From Candidatus Poribacteria bacterium (GTDB taxonomy: Bacteria > Poribacteria > WGA-4E > WGA-3G), in NCBI GenBank assembly GCA_026706025.1, contig JAPOZO010000005.1, forward strand, positions 291 to 64,290: 64,000 nt of DNA, written 5' to 3'. Shown here in pieces: positions 56,887-64,000 of this stretch (position 1 is the stretch's first letter; every line of letters starts with the position of its first letter). The position numbers and the translations under genes are program-made. Below the pieces are notes generated by a model. It was not told the DNA's origin. It did not search any database and worked only from the letters and a program-made list of their open reading frames with translations.

Positions 56887-58543
56887 GAGACAGCACCTGG
56901 TTTGCAGGCACGGATTTAATCAGTTGCTTTACGCCACTTTGCCACTGAATCTCAATGCTGTCCACCTGTTTGTAATCTCCAATACCGAAATGGAGCGTGA
57001 GATCACGTTGTGAGAGATAGCCGTCGCCACTCCTCACTTCACGCGTCTGTGTGAGTTCCCCTATTTTTATTTTAACGCGCGCACCAATCGCATCTATAGA
57101 ACCCTGCGTTGCAACCAATCGGATTTGCAAATAGTTTTTTCGGTTACCACCATCGTTGCGCAAGAGACGAGGGGTAGCGTTTGAATTCGTCACCACGATA
57201 TCAAGGTCGCCATCCGAATCGTAATCAGCAAAGGTAGCACCGCGGCTTACGTCCTCTAACTTCATGCCGGGCCCGAGGGTTTCTGAGACTTCGGTAAAGG
57301 TGCCGTTATAGTTGTTGCGGAAAAGCAAATTGCGCTGTTCGTAAGTGCCTTGCTGTCCGAGTTCGGCGAGATTCTCGTGAAGATGTCCATTGGCGACGAA
57401 GAGGTCTTGGTAGCCGTCGTTGTCGTAATCAATAAAGGCGGTTGCCCATCCGAGGTAAGGATAGGTAAGCTGCGCAGTCTTTGTTGTGGCTGTTGCGTCT
57501 GTAAAGAAGCCGTCAGCATCGTTATGGTAGAGGGTGTTGGTCTGTTGCGCATAGTTGGTGACGGTGAGATCAAACCATCCGTCGTTGTTCCAATCGCCAA
57601 AGGCAGTACCCATACCGTTTTCGGCGGCACCGTTCTCGCTGAGTGCCACGCCAATCATGAAACCGACCTCCTCAAAAGTGCCATCACTATTATTATGATA
57701 AAAGAGGTTTTCCGTAGAATCGTTCGCGACGTAAATGTCCAATGCCCCATCATTATTATAGTCACCCCAGACAACGCCTAATCCTTTGCCGGTCGTATTG
57801 TAAATGCCTGCGGATTTCGTGGCATCGGTAAATGTTCCGTCCCCGTTGTTGCGAAACAGCGTATCCGATTGGGCGGGGAAGTTATCAGGTTCACAGTAAG
57901 CGCGGATGCCTTTCTCTTTAAGTCCGCACCACGGATTTTCATCAATGTCAAAGACGATGTAGTTGACGACGTAGAGATCGAGGTTGCCATCGCGGTCGTA
58001 GTCAGCAAAGGCACAACTGGAACTCCAACGAGGCTCCGTCACGCCAGCAACTTCGGCAACATCCGTAAAAGTACCATCGCCGTTATTGCGGTAGAGTCGA
58101 TTGGTGCCGTAGTTTGTGACGTAAAGATCTAATTGACCGTCGTTATTGTAATCGCCGACTGCACATCCGTGTCCGTAGCCGGTATCTCCAACGCCGGACT
58201 CTTCTGTGACATCCGTGAACGTACCATCACCGTTATTGCGGTAGAGGCAATTGGTAGGAATATCGTCAGCGACGTAACCGGGGAGCGGTGCGCCGTTAAC
58301 GAAGTACAAATCGGGGTCGCCATCAGCGTCGTAATCAAAAAAAGCGGCACCGGAACCGAGCGTCTCCATAAAATATTTCTGTCCACTCCGACCATCAGTG
58401 TGTTGCCAATGGATACCGGCTTCCTGCGTCACATCAACGAATTGGATACCTGTGTCCGCGTTTGCTGGCGGCACGCTGGCACCCCACAAAATGACGATTA
58501 GAAAGCGTATAAAAATATCTATAGGGGTATTTCGTCTTTTCAT
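56864..58543 (-). CDS. Secreted FG-GAP/VCBS repeat protein with ASPIC/UnbV-like C-terminus (CRTAC1 family)
   Basis: A signal peptide is present. The unit LYRNNGDGTFTDV...DYD.DGxLDLYV is repeated, as is characteristic of the CRTAC1 family. Confidence 0.75.
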   Translation of the reverse strand: MKRRNTPIDIFIRFLIVILWGASVPPANADTGIQFVDVTQEAGIHWQHTDGRSGQKYFMETLGSGAAFFDYDADGDPDLYFVNGAPLPGYVADDIPTNCLYRNNGDGTFTDVTEESGVGDTGYGHGCAVGDYNNDGQLDLYVTNYGTNRLYRNNGDGTFTDVAEVAGVTEPRWSSSCAFADYDRDGNLDLYVVNYIVFDIDENPWCGLKEKGIRAYCEPDNFPAQSDTLFRNNGDGTFTDATKSAGIYNTTGKGLGVVWGDYNNDGALDIYVANDSTENLFYHNNSDGTFEEVGFMIGVALSENGAAENGMGTAFGDWNNDGWFDLTVTNYAQQTNTLYHNDADGFFTDATATTKTAQLTYPYLGWATAFIDYDNDGYQDLFVANGHLHENLAELGQQGTYEQRNLLFRNNYNGTFTEVSETLGPGMKLEDVSRGATFADYDSDGDLDIVVTNSNATPRLLRNDGGNRKNYLQIRLVATQGSIDAIGARVKIKIGELTQTREVRSGDGYLSQRDLTLHFGIGDYKQVDSIEIQWQSGVKQLIKSVPANQVLSLEENRDE

Positions 58544-59829
58544 TCCTGAATTTCTGTTAATGTCTGTTGAAAAGCCTTGTTTTCAGGCTCCATTTCGATA
58601 GCGGTTTGGATTGCTTTCAACGCCTTGTCGCGCGCCCCTATCTGGAAATGCGCTAAAGCGAGTGTCTGTAGATATTGTGGTGCGGGTGATAAACGGAACG
58701 CTTTTTCGGCATAAGCGACGGCATCTTGTAACTGGATTTTTTGCAGGGTATACAGTCGGGCTAACCCGTTGAGTGCGTAGTGCGCATTGGCATCGAGTTT
58801 TAAGGCTGCCTGAAATGCCGAAATCGCCTCAGTAATTTTCCCATATTTCGCGTAAACAAGCCCGAGTCGGTAGTGCTGGACCGGGTTGCTTGGTTCCATA
58901 AGGGTTGCGCGTTCACGGGTATCAATCTCTTGCGCGATTTCATTGAGGCGATGGTAAGCATCCATGGCGCGTTTTCCCTCTTCCCGCTTCTTGAGCCGGA
59001 ACAGTGCCTGTGCGAGATTATAGTACGCCCCGACATGATCGCGTTTTTGTGCGATAACGCGTTGGTATTCCGCAGCGGCGCGCTGAAACTCCCGTTTTTT
59101 TGTCAGGACTAAGCCGAGTCGATAACGTGCTGCAGTGAACTGCGGATTCTGGCGGATAGCCGCCTCTAAAAGCGGAAGTGCCTTATCCAATTCACCCTGT
59201 TCTTGGTAGATCGCCCCCAAATTACCGTTCGCCATCGGGAGGTTCGGTGCAACGGCTAAAGCAGCCTTATAATAGTGGATCGCCTGCCCGTCGTCTTCAA
59301 CTGCTTCATAACAGGAAGCGAGGTTCGTCATCGCGGCGGCAAGATTCGGAGAGCGTTTTAGACTTTCGAGGTATGCCTCTATCGCCTCTGGAAACCGTTC
59401 AGCTTGTTGATATGCGGATGCGATACCGAGTCGGACCTGGAGGGATTCTGGGGACTTTTGTACAAGGTTCTGATAAACGCGGATAGCGTCGTCAAGGCGC
59501 TTGGTTTTCGTGTAGAGTGCAGCGAGGTTCGCTTCAGCCTGTATGAGATCAGGGTTCATAGTTAGGGCGAGCGTGAGTGCCTTTTCAGATGCAGGAAAGT
59601 TTCTGTGTTGGAGGTAAATTGTGCCTAAGGCAGCGTGTGCTTCGGCATAATCTGGTTGCAATGTAACCGCACGCCGAAGATTTTGAATTGCCTGCTGATA
59701 TCTTCCTTGACGCACCGCTTGCATACCGCGAGCATAGAGTTCTTGGGGTGTTTGCGCGACAGCATCCGATACAACACTAACCAGAACGACACAGAAAAAA
59801 ACGGCGAATGATAATCCCTTTGGGAACAT
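58540..59829 (-). CDS. Secreted TPR-repeat protein
   Basis: A signal peptide is followed by about 10 canonical TPR units (W-LG-Y-A-F-A-P pattern, AxxxYxxAL). Confidence 0.8.
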   Translation of the reverse strand: MFPKGLSFAVFFCVVLVSVVSDAVAQTPQELYARGMQAVRQGRYQQAIQNLRRAVTLQPDYAEAHAALGTIYLQHRNFPASEKALTLALTMNPDLIQAEANLAALYTKTKRLDDAIRVYQNLVQKSPESLQVRLGIASAYQQAERFPEAIEAYLESLKRSPNLAAAMTNLASCYEAVEDDGQAIHYYKAALAVAPNLPMANGNLGAIYQEQGELDKALPLLEAAIRQNPQFTAARYRLGLVLTKKREFQRAAAEYQRVIAQKRDHVGAYYNLAQALFRLKKREEGKRAMDAYHRLNEIAQEIDTRERATLMEPSNPVQHYRLGLVYAKYGKITEAISAFQAALKLDANAHYALNGLARLYTLQKIQLQDAVAYAEKAFRLSPAPQYLQTLALAHFQIGARDKALKAIQTAIEMEPENKAFQQTLTEIQE

Positions 59830-59991
59830 AACTGTTTATCCTCCACCGTTTATTTTAGCCTGAAACAACACTTGAAATCAAGCGTTTTTTCTCGTCATCA
59901 AGCAAGTTGATAACTACCTGTATATCTCGCTCAATTGTAGTGTTCAGCACTCAGTAAATTGTAAGGTTTAGATTGACAATGATCAGGAGAT

Positions 59992-60534
59992 TCAATCAAA
60001 ATACTCATCCTCATTAAACTTCGTCCATGATTCAAATATGGGAAAGGGTCGCGGGAGATTGGCGTTGTTGATATTCAATCTAAACCTTATTTTCTCGCTA
60101 TCAAAAAGGTTCTGGATCGATATTGAGATGCCGGTAGTTTCAATGCAATTGTCGCACTGTGTCGGGAGTATTTGTTGGGAACGGGGTGCCTCAAAATAAA
60201 TCCTGTATTCCGAACCCGCCTTCTCAATACGATAATCGTCCGATAATATCTCCCACTCGTTAAGCGCATACATACCTTCAGCATACTGTGCCCAGAGACT
60301 GACACCATTAAAGAAATCAAGGATAACGCCTTTTCTCTTATCGGCATCTTTAGAAGGGTCAAATTGGCGGAATGAACGATCATCCAATTCCGCTTTTATC
60401 CGTTGTTCTTCCTCGCTACTGACGGGTTGTAATGGATTGTCGGCGCACGAAGAAAGGATCAGACAAGTGAACATAAAAATAAAAGGCAGGAAGTGTGTTT
60501 TTGTGTTGGTTTTGAAGGTGTTGTGTTGACGCAT
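59992..60534 (-). CDS. Hypothetical lipoprotein
   Basis: The start is ATG 60534 with RBS GGAGGA. The lipobox is LILSSC. Confidence 0.45.
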   Translation of the reverse strand: MRQHNTFKTNTKTHFLPFIFMFTCLILSSCADNPLQPVSSEEEQRIKAELDDRSFRQFDPSKDADKRKGVILDFFNGVSLWAQYAEGMYALNEWEILSDDYRIEKAGSEYRIYFEAPRSQQILPTQCDNCIETTGISISIQNLFDSEKIRFRLNINNANLPRPFPIFESWTKFNEDEYFD

Positions 60535-60695
60535 CTGTATGTCCTCCATCTTTTTTTGTTGCGTAAATTTTAACGTTAATCGAATAGGTTTGTCAAAATG
60601 AATGTTAAGAGCAATTGAAAAATCTGGATTGTACTTGATATGGAAGCCCACCTCTGCTAAAATACGCAGTGAATTCACATTGGGAGAAAAATGTT

Positions 60696-61724
60696 ATGCA
60701 GGAAATTGTGGTAGATTCAGCGCGGTTACACGACTTTGCTCGGACGCTTTGCGAAAGGGCAGGGCTGCGCTTGGAAGATGCGGAAACGATGGCGAGACAT
60801 CAAGTACAGACCGATTTGCGGGGTGTGCATTCACACGGCACACGCGCTTTGCCGGGTTATCTCAACCTTGTGCTTGATGGCAAGATGAATCCGAAACCCG
60901 AACTCCACATTGCGACAGAGGGACCGAGTTTCGCTGTGGTTGACGGAGATAACGGCATGGGGCACCTGGCAAGCACGCGCGCTATGGAGACAGCAATAGC
61001 GAAAGCAGAGACCACCGGCATCGCCGCGGCAGGGGTACGCAATGCCGGGCATTTCGGTGCGGCTGCATGCTATTCAATTATGGCGGCATCAAACCAGATG
61101 ATCGGGTTCTCGACAACAAATACAGGTGGTGCCTCTATTGTAGCACCCGGTGGTGCGGAGGCAGTAGTCGCTAACAACGCGATGAGTTACGCGCTGCCTA
61201 CTGGGAATGGGCATCCGATTGTTTTGGATATGGCGTGCGGCGTTTCCGCATGGGGGAAGATCGGTACACTTCGGATGTATGGCAAACCGATTCCAGAAGG
61301 ATGGCTCATAGACGACACCGGACAACCCACCAGCGACCCGGATAAAGGGCGGTTTTTAGCACCCGCAGCGGGACCCCGCGGTTACGGTTTGGCACTCATC
61401 ATGGGCATTCTCGCCGGCCCGCTGAGCGGTGGCTTGATGGCGTGTAATAAATCGGGGGATCCATCTGAACACTTCTTTTTCGCGTTGAACATTTCGAGTT
61501 TCACAGATTACGACGGTTACGTTGAAGAAATTCAGCAAGGTATTGGCAAAATACACGCCTCGAAAACGGCAGAAGATGTGGAACAAGCCTACCTCCCCGG
61601 TGAAATCGAGTGGAATAACTACGACAATTATCTTGAAAATGGTATTCCGATCCATGTAGATCACTTACAAGGTCTTGCTGGCATCGCTGAGAAACTGGAT
61701 GTCCCTATCTGTTGGGAATGGTAA
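60696..61724 (+). CDS. Ldh_2 family oxidoreductase (malate/L-lactate/ureidoglycolate dehydrogenase family 2)
   Basis: From ATG 60696, the segments GVHSHGTRALPGYL and GHLASTRAMETAIAKAETTGIAAAGVRNAGHFGAAACY match conserved Ldh_2 blocks. Confidence 0.7.
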   Translation: MQEIVVDSARLHDFARTLCERAGLRLEDAETMARHQVQTDLRGVHSHGTRALPGYLNLVLDGKMNPKPELHIATEGPSFAVVDGDNGMGHLASTRAMETAIAKAETTGIAAAGVRNAGHFGAAACYSIMAASNQMIGFSTTNTGGASIVAPGGAEAVVANNAMSYALPTGNGHPIVLDMACGVSAWGKIGTLRMYGKPIPEGWLIDDTGQPTSDPDKGRFLAPAAGPRGYGLALIMGILAGPLSGGLMACNKSGDPSEHFFFALNISSFTDYDGYVEEIQQGIGKIHASKTAEDVEQAYLPGEIEWNNYDNYLENGIPIHVDHLQGLAGIAEKLDVPICWEW

Positions 61725-61752
61725 AAGAAACAGAAGAAAATAAGGGGTAAAT

Positions 61753-63249
61753 ATGGCAGATACTAATGAACGTGTAGCGGGTGGTACGCTTCCCGATTGG
61801 GATGTTGCAGAACTGCCCGAACCACCGAAATATCAATTTGGGAAAGCGTTCCGAAGCATCTTAGGTCCCGGTATTATTGCGTTAGGGGGTTCAATCGGGA
61901 GCGGTGAATGGTTGTTGGGACCCGCAATTACTGCACAATACGGAGGGAGTCTACTCTGGATCGCGACAATCGCTATCTTGCTTCAGGTAGTCCTGAATAC
62001 AGAGGCGATCCGCTATACACTTTATACAGGCGAACCGATGTTAAGTGGCTACATGCGCTGCAAACCGGGCGCGCCATTTTGGGCATCTTTCTATTCGGGT
62101 ATTAATTTTTTTGGGATTTGGCCGGGTTGGGCGATGACCGCTGCGACAGCACTCGCTGCGGCGTGGATCGGTTATATGCCGCAAGATGCTGATAGTGGAA
62201 CGGTGCGTCTATTCGCATATCTTATTTTTTTCGCGTGCTTAGGGATCGTGCTGTTTGGCGGAAAGATTTACAACGCCCTTGAGAAAGTGCAGCTTTTCAT
62301 GGTCATCTGGATTATCAGCTACCTTGTTGTTATTGACCTATTTATGGTACCACCAAAAGTGTGGTGGACAACAATCAAAGGCTTCTTTAGTTTCGGATCG
62401 CTCCCTACACCAGGACCAGATGGACAGGTCAATTGGCTGTTGCTGGGTGCTTTTGCTGCTTACGCGGGAAGCGGAGGCTTAGGCAACGTCACAATCACCA
62501 ACTACGTCCGCGATAAAGGGTGGGGTATGAGCAGCCTCGTCGGTGCGATCCCATCCATGATCGGTGGACAGAATGTAACGCTCTCACACTGGGGCAAGGT
62601 GTTTCGCATCTCGCCGGAAAACCTCAAACGGTTCAAGGAGTGGTGGAAATATGTCCGATTTGAGCAGTACGGTATCTGGCTCATTGGATGTTTTATCGGA
62701 ATCGCGCTGCCAGCGATGCTCACGATAGCGTTTGTACCGTCCGGACAGGAGATGGATCAGTGGTCGGCAGCAGGCTTCCAAGCGGAAGGACTCGCTGAAA
62801 AAGGCGGTAGAGTGATGTGGTATCTTACACTGCTGTGTGGTTTCTGGGTGCTGTTCTCAACACAACTCGGCGGCGTAGACGGTGTGCCTCGCACTTACAC
62901 AGATATTATATGGACAGGATTGAAGCGTGCGCGAAACCTCGGTGAACACAACGCAAAATGGATCTATTATCCGATCCTCGGTGTCTATATCCTGTGGGGT
63001 GTTATCGCAATGTATCTCGCGAAGCCGTTCTTTATGATCTTGGTATCGGCAACGATCGGCGGGTATCTCTTGGTGATTACGGCGTTACATACGCTTTACG
63101 TCAACAGGAAATTCTTACCAAAGGAAATACAACCCCCGATGTGGAAACAGGTTGGGTTGGTGTTGTGCGCAGGATACTATTCGATTTTTGGGACGATTAC
63201 TGTCTATCAAAAGGTGATTGTGCCTTATGTTTTCCCGATTTTTGGATAG
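61753..63249 (+). CDS. Polytopic membrane transporter (NRAMP/APC-fold-like), substrate unknown
   Basis: The 498-aa ORF has about 11-12 hydrophobic segments. The N-terminal motif GPGIIALGGSIGSGEWLLGP resembles the TM1 break motif of the NRAMP fold. Confidence 0.45.
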   Translation: MADTNERVAGGTLPDWDVAELPEPPKYQFGKAFRSILGPGIIALGGSIGSGEWLLGPAITAQYGGSLLWIATIAILLQVVLNTEAIRYTLYTGEPMLSGYMRCKPGAPFWASFYSGINFFGIWPGWAMTAATALAAAWIGYMPQDADSGTVRLFAYLIFFACLGIVLFGGKIYNALEKVQLFMVIWIISYLVVIDLFMVPPKVWWTTIKGFFSFGSLPTPGPDGQVNWLLLGAFAAYAGSGGLGNVTITNYVRDKGWGMSSLVGAIPSMIGGQNVTLSHWGKVFRISPENLKRFKEWWKYVRFEQYGIWLIGCFIGIALPAMLTIAFVPSGQEMDQWSAAGFQAEGLAEKGGRVMWYLTLLCGFWVLFSTQLGGVDGVPRTYTDIIWTGLKRARNLGEHNAKWIYYPILGVYILWGVIAMYLAKPFFMILVSATIGGYLLVITALHTLYVNRKFLPKEIQPPMWKQVGLVLCAGYYSIFGTITVYQKVIVPYVFPIFG

Positions 63250-63275
63250 CAAGAAATCGGGGTTACAAACCCCTC

Positions 63276-63974
63276 CTACAAAGAATGGTAAGCCGCAATA
63301 ATTGCCTCCACAAGGCTCTCTATTGTGGCTTTCTTTGCAATCACATTAACCTGTATACCCTGTTTGATCGCTGCTTTCTGCGTCTCTGGACCGATGACTG
63401 CGATTTGCACATCCGCCAATAAAGTCTCAGGCGTATGCTTGGGAAACATCTCCAAGAAATTGTTGACTGTGGAGGAACTGGTGAATGTGACGAGGTCAAT
63501 CCTGCCGTCCAAGAGATCCATTTCAATTTCATCTCGCTTTTTCGCGCCATCGCTTGCGACCTTGACGGTATCGTAGAGCGGAACATCGTTAACATGTGCC
63601 CCTCTGTCGCGTAAACCCTTCGGGAGATCGGTTGTAGCGATTTTTGCACGCGGTAGAAGGATTTTCTTCCCGCTGATGTCTTCTATTTCAGCGGCAATGG
63701 CACTCCCACGGGAGTGCATCGGAACAAAGTCAGGCTGAATACCGATGTCGTTGAGTGCCTCAACCGTTTTCGGACCAACTGCACAGATTTCAATGCCACC
63801 GAACGCTCGTACATCCTTCCCATTTTCCCGCAAGCGTTCATAGAAAATCTCAACAGCATTGACACTCGTAAAGATAACCCAATCATATTTGTCAAGCGAG
63901 GGCATGTCCACTCGCTCAAGAGGCTGGATTTTTATAGTAGGAAACTGGATAACCTTTGCCCCGTTCGCTTCCAA
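63276..63974 (-). CDS. hemD: Uroporphyrinogen-III synthase (HemD); the N-terminus may extend toward the window edge
   Basis: The two-half alpha/beta pattern includes WVIFTSVNAV and VTFTSSSTVNNF blocks, typical of HemD. Confidence 0.65.
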   Translation of the reverse strand: MEANGAKVIQFPTIKIQPLERVDMPSLDKYDWVIFTSVNAVEIFYERLRENGKDVRAFGGIEICAVGPKTVEALNDIGIQPDFVPMHSRGSAIAAEIEDISGKKILLPRAKIATTDLPKGLRDRGAHVNDVPLYDTVKVASDGAKKRDEIEMDLLDGRIDLVTFTSSSTVNNFLEMFPKHTPETLLADVQIAVIGPETQKAAIKQGIQVNVIAKKATIESLVEAIIAAYHSL

Positions 63975-64000
63975 GCGGTCAGCGAATTCACTTGCTTGTG

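Noticed and set aside
1-64000. Search for tRNA, rRNA, CRISPR repeats, transposase or integrase genes
   Set aside because: No GTTCGAATC-type T-arm with cloverleaf context was recognised by eye. No direct-repeat and spacer architecture was seen. No DDE or tyrosine-recombinase ORFs were found. Only a possible Rpn-like tail fragment (44445-44912) was noted.

Overview
This 64-kb window looks like a bacterial chromosomal segment of about 50% GC, densely coding, with no rRNA, tRNA, CRISPR array or identifiable transposase or integrase. The gene content is dominated by eukaryote-like repeat proteins, secreted proteins and small-molecule tailoring enzymes. There are two WD40 beta-propeller proteins, one of which is fused to cohesin, dockerin and a Por-secretion-tail-like C-terminal domain. 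There is a tandem array of four paralogous lipoprotein genes that fuse a trypsin-like serine protease to TPR repeats, the largest at 1349 aa with two protease domains, sitting directly downstream of a lamin-tail-domain (LTD) protein. Other secreted or surface candidates are a standalone TPR protein, two LamG (concanavalin-like) paralogs, an FG-GAP/CRTAC1-like protein, a DUF5117-type Zn metalloprotease and a CBM9/DUF5916 protein. Tailoring enzymes include at least two PhyH-type Fe/2OG dioxygenases (a third is possible), five class I SAM methyltransferases, a sulfotransferase, several GNATs, an AAC(3)-type acetyltransferase, an APH-type kinase, a NUDIX hydrolase, a haloacid dehalogenase, an MDR alcohol dehydrogenase and Gfo/Idh/MocA and Ldh_2 oxidoreductases. 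The window also holds a heterodimeric ABC exporter pair, HicAB and PIN-type toxin-antitoxin modules, a Uma2 endonuclease, an ECF sigma factor, ComEA and HemD. A single bacterial-microcompartment vertex gene (EutN/CcmL family) sits in an apparent operon with 5-formyltetrahydrofolate cyclo-ligase, with no other shell genes nearby. The segment from about 42 to 50.7 kb is all minus-strand and looks accessory, carrying TA modules, methyltransferases and PhyH genes. The overall inventory (WD40, TPR, LamG, LTD, cohesin/dockerin, microcompartment protein, PhyH, sulfotransferase) resembles symbiont lineages related to Planctomycetes, Verrucomicrobia and Chlamydiae (the PVC group) or Poribacteria. That is an inference from gene content, not a computed placement. 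The most unusual structures are the LTD plus protease-TPR tandem array with conserved gene junctions, the WD40-cohesin-dockerin fusion, the orphan EutN gene, and HicAB followed by a four-zinc-ribbon basic protein.
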